From an uncultured Calditrichota bacterium (GTDB taxonomy: Bacteria; Calditrichota; Calditrichia; Calditrichales; CAYPHA01), in contig CAYPHA010000043.1 of NCBI GenBank assembly GCA_964410215.1, positions 1 to 36,042 on the forward strand: a stretch of 36,042 nucleotides of DNA, written 5' to 3'. The first letter of the stretch is position 1. Every line of letters begins with the position of its first letter. The notes beneath the pieces were generated by a model. The model made no database searches, had not been told where the DNA came from, and saw nothing but the letters and a program-made list of their open reading frames with translations. Both the position numbers and the translations under genes were made by a program. Shown here in pieces: positions 1 to 8,730 of this stretch.

Positions 1-560
1 AGATCAGAAATACGCCGGACCTGACGATGCTCGTTAACAATGCGGGCTTCGGCGTGCATGGTTCTTTTGTAAAATCAGATCCCGGACGTTTGCAGGCAAT
101 GCTGGATGTGCACCTTTCCGCCACCGTCCGGTTGACCCACGCGGCCCTCGCCGTGATGAAACCGAAAAATGAAGGCACGGTTATCAATGTCTCCTCGGTG
201 GCAGGCATCATACCCGTGGCAGGTGCCGTGTACAGCGGGACCAAATCGTTTCTGAATATCTATTCAGATATTCTGCAGAGCGAACTGTCCCATACAAACA
301 TTCGAATTCAGGCCCTGTGCCCGGGATTCACTTACAGTGAGTTTCATGACACGGAAGACTACAAGGACTGGAAACGCTCGGAGGTCCCCCGGTTCCTCTG
401 GTTAAAAGCGGAAGAAGTTGTTGACTACGCGCTTAAAATGCTTGCAAAAAACAGAATAATCGTCATTCCCGGCATGGCTTACCGGTTTATGGCCCGTTGG
501 AACACATTTTTCCGCTGGTTTGGAAGAATAATGATTTCCGGTAAACGCCGGGAAGCATGA
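1..560 (+). CDS. Short-chain dehydrogenase/reductase (SDR), C-terminal part; 5' end lies outside the window
   Basis: The ORF is open from the window edge. It has the LVNNAG motif, catalytic Ser in VSSVAG, and YSGTK (YxxxK) in canonical SDR order and spacing. Confidence 0.8.
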   Translation, partial: IRNTPDLTMLVNNAGFGVHGSFVKSDPGRLQAMLDVHLSATVRLTHAALAVMKPKNEGTVINVSSVAGIIPVAGAVYSGTKSFLNIYSDILQSELSHTNIRIQALCPGFTYSEFHDTEDYKDWKRSEVPRFLWLKAEEVVDYALKMLAKNRIIVIPGMAYRFMARWNTFFRWFGRIMISGKRREA

Positions 561-605
561 AATCTATATTCGGTCTCAATTCTTTTTAAATGATGGGAGT
601 ACATC

Positions 606-2282
606 ATGTCAAAATCCATATCCCGCAGAACATTTATGGGAAAAAGCGCCGTCGCTGTTCTGGGTATTTCTACCGGCTGCACATTTACACCACGTTTCGA
701 CATCATTATAAAAAACGGGCTCGTCGTTGACGGTAGCGGTGGCATGCCCGTTCAGAAAGATATCGGCATTAACGGTTCGTCAATTACAGCCATCGATGAT
801 CTGAAGAACGCCCGGGCCCGGCAGATTATCGATGCAGAGAATATGGCGGTCAGCCCTGGGTTTATCGACATTCATACCCATACCGACCTGGAACTTCTGG
901 TCAATTCAAAGGGCGAAAGTAAGGTGCGCCAGGGAGTTACAACCGAAATCGGGGGCAACTGCGGATCCTCTCCTTTTCCCCTCAATGATGCGGATTTCGA
1001 AGAATACAGAAAAAATGTCATGGACCACTATGGCATCGAAGTCGCGTGGCGGGACCTGGAAGGATTCTTTAATACACTGGAAAAGAACGGGACTTCCATT
1101 AACTTCGCCACGTTGACCGGGCACGGGGATCTGAGGAGTTACGTCGTGGGAAAAAATGATGTCGACCCCACGAGAAAACAGATGCAGGCCATGCAATCCC
1201 TGCTCAGGGAATCGATGGATCAGGGCAGCTTTGGTCTTTCCACCGGACTGGAATACGCCCCGGGCAGCTATGCTAAAACAGAAGAACTCGTCGAATTATG
1301 CCGCGTCGTATCAGAAAAAAACGGCCTGTACGCCACTCATATGCGCAGTGAAGACGATTTTGTCGAAGAAGCGGTGGACGAAGCGCTGACCATCAGCCGG
1401 GAGTCCGGCGCAATGCTCCAGATCTCGCATCTGAAAGCATGCAATCCGGCGAACTGGCATAAAACCGACCTGATACTGGAAAAGATCAGTAAAGCGCTTG
1501 ACGAAGGTATGCCGGTTATGGCCGACCGTTATCCCTACATCGCCTACGGAACCGGACTCAGCGTTTTCCTGCCCCTCTGGTCACGCCAGGGAACGACCGA
1601 TGACATTCTCGCCCGCCTTCAGAGTAAAAAAGATCTGGCGGAAATCAAATCCTATACCGAGCGTCGTGGCACCCGGATCGGAGGATGGGAAAAGGTCGTA
1701 ATAAGCTCCTGTTTTACGGAAGCGAACAAAGCCCTCGAGGGTATGTCCATCGCGGATGCCGCTGAAATGAAAAATGTGGATCCCTTCCGCTTTATTACCG
1801 GGCTGCTCGTAGAAGAACGTAACCGTGTCGGCATCGTCGGTTTTGCCATGGATGAAGGCAACCTGCAGAAGGTATTGTCTGCCCCCTTTGTCATGGTCGG
1901 ATCCGACGGCAATGCCGTTGCCCCTTATGGCAAGCTTGGCAGCGGAAAGCCGCATCCCCGTTTTTACGGTACCTTTCCCAGGGTATTGGGAAAATACGCC
2001 CGCAAGGAACACATTTTCGATCTGGCCACCGCCGTTCAGAAAATGTCGTCCATGCCGGCAAAACAGCTCGGCCTGAAAAAACGCGGTCGCATTGCCATAG
2101 ATAATTTTGCCGATATCGTCATCTTCGATCCCGCAGTAGTAACCGACAAGGCCACCTTTACCGATCCCCATCAATACCCGGAGGGTATCAGCCGTGTTCT
2201 GGTAAACGGAGTATTAACCATTGACCAGGGCAAGCATACGGGCCAGGCCGGCGGAGCTGTTTTGAGAAAGGGACAAGCCTGA
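606..2282 (+). CDS. N-acyl-D-amino-acid deacylase (D-aminoacylase), amidohydrolase superfamily, with Tat-type signal
   Basis: 558-aa ORF with a GFIDIHTHTD metal-binding motif near the N-terminus and further His/Asp ligands downstream. The N-terminus has a twin-arginine motif SRRTFMG followed by a hydrophobic stretch and a possible lipobox ISTGC. SD-like GGGAG lies 7 nt upstream of the ATG. Confidence 0.8.
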   Translation: MSKSISRRTFMGKSAVAVLGISTGCTFTPRFDIIIKNGLVVDGSGGMPVQKDIGINGSSITAIDDLKNARARQIIDAENMAVSPGFIDIHTHTDLELLVNSKGESKVRQGVTTEIGGNCGSSPFPLNDADFEEYRKNVMDHYGIEVAWRDLEGFFNTLEKNGTSINFATLTGHGDLRSYVVGKNDVDPTRKQMQAMQSLLRESMDQGSFGLSTGLEYAPGSYAKTEELVELCRVVSEKNGLYATHMRSEDDFVEEAVDEALTISRESGAMLQISHLKACNPANWHKTDLILEKISKALDEGMPVMADRYPYIAYGTGLSVFLPLWSRQGTTDDILARLQSKKDLAEIKSYTERRGTRIGGWEKVVISSCFTEANKALEGMSIADAAEMKNVDPFRFITGLLVEERNRVGIVGFAMDEGNLQKVLSAPFVMVGSDGNAVAPYGKLGSGKPHPRFYGTFPRVLGKYARKEHIFDLATAVQKMSSMPAKQLGLKKRGRIAIDNFADIVIFDPAVVTDKATFTDPHQYPEGISRVLVNGVLTIDQGKHTGQAGGAVLRKGQA

Positions 2283-2286
2283 GCCG

Positions 2287-3132
2287 ATGACTGCACTCTT
2301 TCTAACGATTCTCTGCTCAACCAGCATCGCGCTGATCCTCAAACAGAATGATTCCCGGGATGGCGAACCGGTTGTCCTGTTGTCGGGTAACTATTTTGTA
2401 GCTGCCCTGATCGGCGGCCTGTTCCTGATATCGGAAGAGGTTATCTATTTTTCCTATCAGACCCTCTTCTTCGGATTGTTTCTGGGATTTCTGTTCGTTA
2501 TCTCCTTCTTTGCCTTTGCCCGGGCGGTCAGAGCGGCCGGAACGGCGATGGCAACGGTCAGTTCCCGCTTGTCCGTTTTCGTTCCCGTTTTTCTCTCCAT
2601 CCTGTTTTTCCGGGAAATGCCGAGTATCTGGCAGATACTCGGATTCCTTTTCACCGGAATCACAATTATTTTATTTTACTTTTCATTACGAAATCACCGT
2701 GAAAAGCGACTGGGCTGGCCGGATTACCTCTACCTGATCGGCGTACTTGCAGGAATCGGTATTAACGATTTCTGCATGAAAGTTTTCCATCACTGGCGCG
2801 GGGAAAAGGAAAAACCGCTTTTTTTGTTCATCATTTTTCTGTCAGCATTCCTCTATACGTTGTCCTTTGTCCTGGTAAAGAGAATACAATCGGATCACGG
2901 CACTAAAATGCTGGGGGGATTGCTCGGCATTCCGAATATTTTCAGTTCCTACTTCATTCTCAGTGCACTGGCCGTGTTACCGGGTATCATTGTGTATCCC
3001 GTTACCAATATCGGTATTATTCTGCTCACCACCTTTGCCGCCTTTCTTATCTGGAAAGAACCCGTCAATAAACTGGGGCGATGGTCGCTCCTGACAGGAA
3101 TCGTATCCATTGTACTTCTGACTATAAAATAA
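2287..3132 (+). CDS. Polytopic inner-membrane protein (possibly EamA/DMT-like transporter); starts 4 nt after the D-aminoacylase stop
   Basis: 281 aa that are almost entirely hydrophobic helices (about 8-10 predicted TM segments). The family assignment is a guess based on size and topology only. Confidence 0.55.
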   Translation: MTALFLTILCSTSIALILKQNDSRDGEPVVLLSGNYFVAALIGGLFLISEEVIYFSYQTLFFGLFLGFLFVISFFAFARAVRAAGTAMATVSSRLSVFVPVFLSILFFREMPSIWQILGFLFTGITIILFYFSLRNHREKRLGWPDYLYLIGVLAGIGINDFCMKVFHHWRGEKEKPLFLFIIFLSAFLYTLSFVLVKRIQSDHGTKMLGGLLGIPNIFSSYFILSALAVLPGIIVYPVTNIGIILLTTFAAFLIWKEPVNKLGRWSLLTGIVSIVLLTIK

Positions 3133-3247
3133 CGATCCGGCCTCATGGCATATCCGGGATTGACGAAACTTTTCCGGAATATTTCGTATATTATTTTTAT
3201 TCTTACTAAACATTTACTATCCATTCATTCTATCAGGAGGAAAAAGC

Positions 3248-5146
3248 ATGCACCCTGCCAAACGCTTTCTGTATTTCTTTACACTCTTCTCGAGTCTGGC
3301 TTTACTCAGCAACCACAGCTTTGCTCAAGCACAATCGCTGAACCGGGATGACATTGACGACAAATACAAATGGAATCTGACTGATATTTATCCAAGCTGG
3401 GAAGCCTGGGAAGCGGATTTCAAAGAACTGGAAACAAAAATGGACGCCTTTGCCGCGCTGAAAGGAACCCTTAAAAACGGACCGGATGCCCTTCTGAAAG
3501 CCTTCACCATGGACGATGAACTCAGCATGATGGCCTATAAAGTGTACCGTTATCCCCAGTTCACCCGTGATGTCGATACACGTAACCAGGATGCTTCCTC
3601 CAAACTGCAGCAGGTTTCCATTCTATTTGCCAAATTCAATACGGCAACCGCCTGGTTAAATCCGGAACTTCTGGAAATCCCATGGGAAACAATGGAAACC
3701 TGGCTTGATGAGACACCCGGACTGGCACCATACCGGTTCGGCATCGAAGACCTGTACCGTCAGCAGATCCATGTGCTCGATGAAGAAAAAGAGAAGCTCC
3801 TTTCCTTCTACAGCCGTTTCGGCAGCACCCCCTCATCGATCTATCAGGAATTGTCCACTTCAGATATCAAATACCCGGAAGTAACCTTATCAGATGGTTC
3901 GGAAGTGACGATGACCCGCGGTACCTACGGAAAAGTTCTTGCGACAAACCGCAACCAGGAAGACCGCAAACATGCCTTCGAGGAACACTACGGTGTGTAT
4001 AAATCAAATGAGAATACATACGCCTCTATTTATAACGCGGTTACGCAGCGCAACTGGGCGAATGCACAGGCTCGTAACTATTCCTCCTCCCTCGAAGCAG
4101 CGCTGGAAGGCAATAACGTACCTGTTTCTGTATATGAAAACCTGATTTCTACCGTGAAGGCCAATACGGAGCCACTACAGAAATATGTCGCGCTCCGTCA
4201 AAAGGTGCTGGGACTGGATGAATACCACCTGTATGACGGCGCCATCAGCCTGGTCGATATTGATAAAACCTATCCCTATGAAGAAGCCCAGGATTGGGTA
4301 CTGGCATCCGTGGACCCGCTTGGTAAAACGTATAAGAAAAAGCTGGCCAAAGCGCTGGAGGGCGGCTGGATCGATGTATTCGAAAATACCGGTAAACGTC
4401 CCGGCGCATACAGCGCGGGTGTTTATGGGGTACATCCCTACATGCTGATGAATTACAATGAAACACTGGATAATGTGTTTACCCTTGCGCATGAACTGGG
4501 ACATACCATGCACACCACCCTTTCCAATGAGAATCAACCCTTTGCCACGCATGGCTATACCATATTCGTGGCAGAAGTGGCGTCGACCCTTAATGAACGG
4601 TTACTTCTGGATTATATGCTGAGTAAAACGGATGATCCCAAAGAGCGTGTCAATCTGTTGCAGCAGGCGATCGATAATATCGTCGGCACCTTCTACGCAC
4701 AGGTGATGTTCGCGGATTTCGAGCTTCAGGTCCACCGCCTGGTTGAACAGGGACAGCCGATTACCGCATCAACACTGAACCAGATTTTCCGGCAGCTCTA
4801 CACGGCCTATTACGGAGATGAACTGGTATTCGATGATCTGTATGAAGTGGTCTGGTCGCGCATCTCTCATTTCTATCAGGTACCGTTCTATGTGTATCAA
4901 TACGCCACCTGTTTTGCCTCTTCAGCCCAGCTTTATTCAAATATAACAAAGGGAACGGAACAGGAAAAACAGGAAGCACTCGAAAAATATATCACTCTTC
5001 TCAAATCCGGAGGCAATGATTATCCGATGGAACAGCTCAAAAAGGCCGGTGTTGATCTGACACAGGAAGAACCGGTTCTTGCCATTACACAGCAGCTTGA
5101 GAATATGGTCGATCAGTTGGAATCGGAATTGGAAAAAATAAATTAA
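3248..5146 (+). CDS. pepF: Oligoendopeptidase F (peptidase M3B) with N-terminal Sec signal peptide
   Basis: 632 aa with the HELGHTMH zinc motif (HEXXH) in the position and context typical of M3B PepF. The N-terminus MHPAKRFLYFFTLFSSLALLSNHSFAQAQ is a signal peptide with an AxA cleavage site. AGGAGG SD sits upstream. Confidence 0.85.
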   Translation: MHPAKRFLYFFTLFSSLALLSNHSFAQAQSLNRDDIDDKYKWNLTDIYPSWEAWEADFKELETKMDAFAALKGTLKNGPDALLKAFTMDDELSMMAYKVYRYPQFTRDVDTRNQDASSKLQQVSILFAKFNTATAWLNPELLEIPWETMETWLDETPGLAPYRFGIEDLYRQQIHVLDEEKEKLLSFYSRFGSTPSSIYQELSTSDIKYPEVTLSDGSEVTMTRGTYGKVLATNRNQEDRKHAFEEHYGVYKSNENTYASIYNAVTQRNWANAQARNYSSSLEAALEGNNVPVSVYENLISTVKANTEPLQKYVALRQKVLGLDEYHLYDGAISLVDIDKTYPYEEAQDWVLASVDPLGKTYKKKLAKALEGGWIDVFENTGKRPGAYSAGVYGVHPYMLMNYNETLDNVFTLAHELGHTMHTTLSNENQPFATHGYTIFVAEVASTLNERLLLDYMLSKTDDPKERVNLLQQAIDNIVGTFYAQVMFADFELQVHRLVEQGQPITASTLNQIFRQLYTAYYGDELVFDDLYEVVWSRISHFYQVPFYVYQYATCFASSAQLYSNITKGTEQEKQEALEKYITLLKSGGNDYPMEQLKKAGVDLTQEEPVLAITQQLENMVDQLESELEKIN

Positions 5147-5162
5147 CCGTTACTATCGTCTT

Positions 5163-5195
5163 GCCCTCCTCCCTTCCGAAGGGAGGAGGGCTTTT
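5163..5195 (+). terminator. Rho-independent terminator downstream of pepF
   Basis: Perfect 11-bp GC-rich stem, GCCCTCCTCCC (5163-5173) pairing with GGGAGGAGGGC (5181-5191), with a 7-nt loop, followed by TTTT (5192-5195). Confidence 0.8.
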
Positions 5196-5352
5196 AACCA
5201 CGATACGTTCGCATACCACCGCTCAATAACTCCACACCCGCCCACCGGATGGGGCCTGACAGATTTCCCCGTATGACATCTTCCCGCATGAGAAGCGATG
5301 TAATCAGGAAACGGCAAGCTAAAATTAAAATATAAAAAATTTCCTGATAAAA

Positions 5353-5381
5353 TTGGTTTTCCATGAATTTTTTCGTATAAT
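5353..5381 (+). promoter_or_regulatory. Putative sigma70-like promoter for the SPFH gene
   Basis: TTGGTT (5353-5358), a 17-bp spacer, then TATAAT (5376-5381), in an AT-rich region about 50 nt upstream of the AAGGAGAG SD (5415-5422) and the ATG at 5429. A second TATAAT at 5407-5412 is too close to the SD to be the promoter. Confidence 0.3.
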
Positions 5382-5428
5382 TGGATGTATATCATTTTGA
5401 TATCATTATAATATAAGGAGAGAATGCA

Positions 5429-6313
5429 ATGGTACAGGAAAAAGTAAAACACCAGTACAATGGCTGGCTGGCACTTCTGTTGTTAATTGTTCTGTTGGCT
5501 GTCATTGTAACCCTATTCATCTATGGAATTCAGGTCGTCCAGTTTAGCCTGGCTGCCGGACTCGTCCTGCTTATCGGTTCCAGCCTGGCCCTGGCTGTGA
5601 ACGTTATTCTTTTTACCGGCCTTTTCACGCTGGAACCGAATGAAGCCATGGTTTTGCTTCTGTTCGGAAAATATATGGGGACGGAAAAGAAAAGCGGTTT
5701 TCTCTGGGCCAATCCCCTCTACACGCGAAAACGCGTCTCCCTTCGTGCCCGTAATTTCGACAGTGACAAATTAAAAGTAAACGACAAAAAGGGTAATCCG
5801 ATTGAAATTTCCACCGTTGTGGTCTGGAAAGTTGAGAACACGGCTCAGGCATTTTTTGAAGTTGACAACTTCCTCGAATTTGTCCATGTCCAGTCCGAAT
5901 CCGCCCTGCGCCATATGGCCAGCCACTATGCCTATGATGACTCAGAAGGCGAAACGGTAAGCCTGCGTTCTTCCCTCGATGAGGTTTCCGACGCGTTGGG
6001 AAAAGAGATACAGGATCGTGTCAAAGCGGCCGGCGTGACTGTTCTGGAAGCGCGGATCAACCACCTGGCCTATGCCCAGGAAATCGCCGGCGCCATGCTG
6101 CAGCGCCAGCAGGCGGAAGCGATTATTGAAGCACGGCAGAAAATTGTTGACGGAGCGGTTGGAATGGTTCAGATGGCCCTGGGCCGTCTGAAGGACGAGA
6201 ATGTTCTCGATCTGGATGAAGAACGAAAAGCCAATATGGTCAGCAACCTGATGGTTGTGCTCTGCTCGGACAAAGCCACCACACCCATCGTCAATGCCGG
6301 CTCGTTGTATTGA
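5429..6313 (+). CDS. SPFH/band-7 (stomatin/prohibitin/flotillin-like) membrane protein
   Basis: Two N-terminal TM helices followed by an SPFH core ([15 protein letters not shown]; [31 protein letters not shown] coiled-coil region). Strong SD AAGGAGAG lies 6 nt upstream. Confidence 0.85.
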   Translation: MVQEKVKHQYNGWLALLLLIVLLAVIVTLFIYGIQVVQFSLAAGLVLLIGSSLALAVNVILFTGLFTLEPNEAMVLLLFGKYMGTEKKSGFLWANPLYTRKRVSLRARNFDSDKLKVNDKKGNPIEISTVVVWKVENTAQAFFEVDNFLEFVHVQSESALRHMASHYAYDDSEGETVSLRSSLDEVSDALGKEIQDRVKAAGVTVLEARINHLAYAQEIAGAMLQRQQAEAIIEARQKIVDGAVGMVQMALGRLKDENVLDLDEERKANMVSNLMVVLCSDKATTPIVNAGSLY

Positions 6314-6358
6314 GAGAGGAGAAGGAACTTACCACCAGGACACAAAGAGCACGAAAGG

Positions 6359-6437
6359 ATACAAAATAAAAAGTAAAAAATACAAAATAAATATTAGATC
6401 ACAGAAATTACTTTATTTTTATCTTCGTGTATTTTGT
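6359..6437 (+). promoter_or_regulatory. Repeat array ATACAAAATAAA x2 (direct, 21-bp phasing) plus inverted copy GTATTTTGT, immediately upstream of the small RHH ORF
   Basis: Exact 12-mer ATACAAAATAAA at 6359-6370 and again at 6380-6391. The reverse-complement core GTATTTTGT (= ACAAAATAC) is at 6429-6437. Periodicity of about two helical turns is typical of operators bound by RHH dimers. Confidence 0.35.
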
Positions 6438-6459
6438 GTTCTTAGCGCCTTTGTGGTAA

Positions 6460-6639
6460 ATGATTATGAGTAACAAGAAATCCATCTTACTGCGTATTAA
6501 TCCGGAGTTGTGGAATGAATTGAACCGGTGGGCTCAGGATGAACTGCGCAGTGTAAATGCCCAGATTGAGTACATATTGAGGGAATCTGTCAGAAAACGA
6601 AAAAGCGGCCTGCCTGACAAAAACCCATCTGATTCATAA
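6460..6639 (+). CDS. Small ribbon-helix-helix (Arc/CopG/MetJ-like) DNA-binding protein, 59 aa; below the 60-aa cutoff of the ORF track
   Basis: ATG at 6460 (alternative ATG at 6466) to TAA at 6637-6639. Translation [59 protein letters not shown] shows a beta-strand (SILLRI), helix ([14 protein letters not shown]), short loop (LRS), then second helix ([13 protein letters not shown]). This is the RHH fold pattern and resembles widely distributed Arc-family proteins. It has its own terminator. Confidence 0.6.
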   Translation: MIMSNKKSILLRINPELWNELNRWAQDELRSVNAQIEYILRESVRKRKSGLPDKNPSDS

Positions 6640-6642
6640 GCG

Positions 6643-6676
6643 GAGATGGCTTTAAACAGCCATCTCTTCTCTTTTT
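6643..6676 (+). terminator. Hairpin plus T-tract terminator after the RHH ORF, abutting the stop of the convergent minus-strand gene
   Basis: GAGATGGCT (6643-6651) pairs with AGCCATCTC (6658-6666) around loop TTAAAC, followed by TTCTCTTTTTC. Confidence 0.6.
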
Positions 6677-6680
6677 CAGT

Positions 6681-7769
6681 CTAAAACGCTTCCATAATAT
6701 CCATATCGATTGTCATATCATTTTCGCCGAAACCGATATCAAAGCGCAGGTTCAGTTTTTTCTCCGGAATCAGAGCGACCCGGAATCCGAATCCGGATGT
6801 CAGGTTATACTGCCTGATTGACAATCCGTCCGGATGTTCCGAAACCTGTCCGGCACTGGCAAATCCAATAATTCCCATCCTCCGGAACATCGGGGAACGG
6901 TATTCGAGTTGGAAGGCATGCAGGTTTTTTCCCAGAATTTTATTTTCCTGATACCCCCGTAAATAATCACCGACCGTTTTCATCACCTGGAAGGGGACTT
7001 CATCATTATACTGCCAGGCGACACTCTGTATGGCAATGACATGGCCCGGAAGAATCGAAACATAATAACGCAAATCCGCCAGATAGGACTGAAAGTGATA
7101 ATCACTGCCCAGGCTGCTTCCATAATAATTCATTTTTAATTGATGATACCCTCCGGATTCCGGAAATATATTGTCATTTCTCGAGTCCCAGCTCGCACTC
7201 AGCCCGACTCCGGGAAACGTCCCTCCGGCAACACCATCCGGTGCCGTGGTTTCCAGAATACCTTCCGCCTCAAATTCAGAGATAGAATGATGACCAAGCA
7301 GAAAATGAACACCGAGATATAACCGGGGCGTAAAAGCCTTTTCGGCAGTCAGATCGATATTCAGCTCCCTGCTGGTATATTCTTCCTCCGGTATTTGTTT
7401 CGTTCCGTTACCAAACCCGTAGAAAAGCGTCGGCCAGAACCGGTACTCCATTTCTCCGGAAAACTTATACGTATCATTCCGTATATAAATTTCGGGTTTT
7501 AATTCGAGCAGGTATTGTTTTTTCAGCGTATAGAAACCGAAAGCGAGTATGGAGGAGGCCTTTTTTGAATACCAGGGCTGATGCACATACTGGTCCATAA
7601 CGCCAACAGCCAGGCTGGTTTCGTCGGAATAGAACATAAACGGCAGAATAGCGTTTTTACGGAGTGTTTCCCTGTCGCCGGAGGCCGTATCGGGCGGCAC
7701 CATTGCTTCTGCCTTCAGACCGACTGAAACGGACAAAATAAAAAAGAGTATGCTGGTTAATCGTGTCAT
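6681..7769 (-). CDS. Outer-membrane beta-barrel protein, Omp85/'bacterial surface antigen'-like C-terminal barrel without POTRA repeats
   Basis: Signal peptide MTRLTSILFFILSVSVGLKA. Aromatic/Gly-rich alternating pattern throughout, and a C-terminus ending in F (...DIMEAF), typical of OM barrels. The family assignment is tentative. Confidence 0.5.
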   Translation of the reverse strand: MTRLTSILFFILSVSVGLKAEAMVPPDTASGDRETLRKNAILPFMFYSDETSLAVGVMDQYVHQPWYSKKASSILAFGFYTLKKQYLLELKPEIYIRNDTYKFSGEMEYRFWPTLFYGFGNGTKQIPEEEYTSRELNIDLTAEKAFTPRLYLGVHFLLGHHSISEFEAEGILETTAPDGVAGGTFPGVGLSASWDSRNDNIFPESGGYHQLKMNYYGSSLGSDYHFQSYLADLRYYVSILPGHVIAIQSVAWQYNDEVPFQVMKTVGDYLRGYQENKILGKNLHAFQLEYRSPMFRRMGIIGFASAGQVSEHPDGLSIRQYNLTSGFGFRVALIPEKKLNLRFDIGFGENDMTIDMDIMEAF

Positions 7770-7779
7770 TATTATCCTT

Positions 7780-8730
7780 TTATACAGGTGTAACCGGGGG
7801 ATTGCCGTTCAGAACGGCAACCACATTTTCAGATGCAATCAAGCCCATCCGTGTCCGCGTCGATAGCGTCGCACTGCCGATATGCGGAAGCAGCACGACA
7901 TTGTTACGTTTCAGAAGTTCCTCGTGTATGTTCGGTTCAAACTCATACACATCCAGACCGGCACCTGCCAGTGTTCCATCGCTCAGGGCCTTAACCAGAA
8001 CGGTTTCATCGAGCACCGGCCCGCGGGAGGTATTGATCAGAAAGGCACCTTTTTTTAAAGTCTTTACCGATTCCGCATTCAGCAGATGGCGGGTTTCCGG
8101 CGTAAGCGGGCAATGAAAACTTATAAAATCCGATTCTGAGAACAGTCTCCTGAGTTCGACCCTTTGTGCACCCGTCCGCTTATTGAAAGCTTCCCGCTCC
8201 TTCGAATCCACATAGAGGATCTTCATACCAAATCCTGCAGCGCGTTCAGCGACGGCTTTACCGATCCGTCCCAGACCAACAATCCCGATGGTTTTGCCGG
8301 TGACATCACCGCCCAGGAACATAAGGGGGCCCCACCCGTTGAATTTCCCTTCGTGCACAAACCGGTCCGCTTCCACGACGCGTTTTGACACACTGAGGAT
8401 CAATGCCCAGGTCAGATCAGCCGTGGCATCGGTCAGAACATCCGGCGTATTGCTCACGGCAATGCCCTTTGAACGGGCATAGGCCACATCGATATTATTA
8501 TAACCCACGGCATAATTAGCCACAATCTTTAAACTTCCGGCCCGATCCATCAGCTCTCTGTCCACATCATCAGATAAAAGGGAAACAAGCCCGTCCACCT
8601 CCGGAATTTTCTCAAGCAGTGCCCGGCGGGGCATGGCCTCGTCCTTTTCATACACTTCCACCTGCATATTATTTTCAACAAGATAATCGATCGCAGGCTG
8701 CGGAATTTTTCGTGTGATCAATACTTTCAT
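7780..8730 (-). CDS. D-isomer-specific 2-hydroxyacid dehydrogenase (glyoxylate/hydroxypyruvate reductase-like)
   Basis: 316 aa with NAD-binding GIVGLGRIGKAVAERA (GxGxxG), catalytic Arg/Glu/His region (...VLLPHIGSAT...), and typical length. It ends 10 nt upstream of the OMP gene, so the two are likely co-transcribed. Confidence 0.85.
   Translation of the reverse strand: MKVLITRKIPQPAIDYLVENNMQVEVYEKDEAMPRRALLEKIPEVDGLVSLLSDDVDRELMDRAGSLKIVANYAVGYNNIDVAYARSKGIAVSNTPDVLTDATADLTWALILSVSKRVVEADRFVHEGKFNGWGPLMFLGGDVTGKTIGIVGLGRIGKAVAERAAGFGMKILYVDSKEREAFNKRTGAQRVELRRLFSESDFISFHCPLTPETRHLLNAESVKTLKKGAFLINTSRGPVLDETVLVKALSDGTLAGAGLDVYEFEPNIHEELLKRNNVVLLPHIGSATLSTRTRMGLIASENVVAVLNGNPPVTPV

Noticed and set aside
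1581-2174. 197-aa minus-strand ORF (and similar shadows at 906-1196, 4175-4552, 16049-16411, 17267-17656, 17675-18400, 24326-24724)
   Set aside because: All are embedded antisense in strongly supported genes (D-aminoacylase, PepF, M36 protease, AddB-like). They have no motifs and low-complexity composition.
5407-5412. Second TATAAT upstream of the SPFH gene
   Set aside because: It lies only 17 nt before the start codon and overlaps the SD spacing. The TATAAT at 5376-5381, with TTGGTT at -35 spacing, is a more plausible -10.
5153-5452. 99-aa minus-strand ORF
   Set aside because: It spans the pepF terminator hairpin and the SPFH promoter/SD region. The low-complexity Y/F/L-rich translation comes from AT-rich intergenic DNA.
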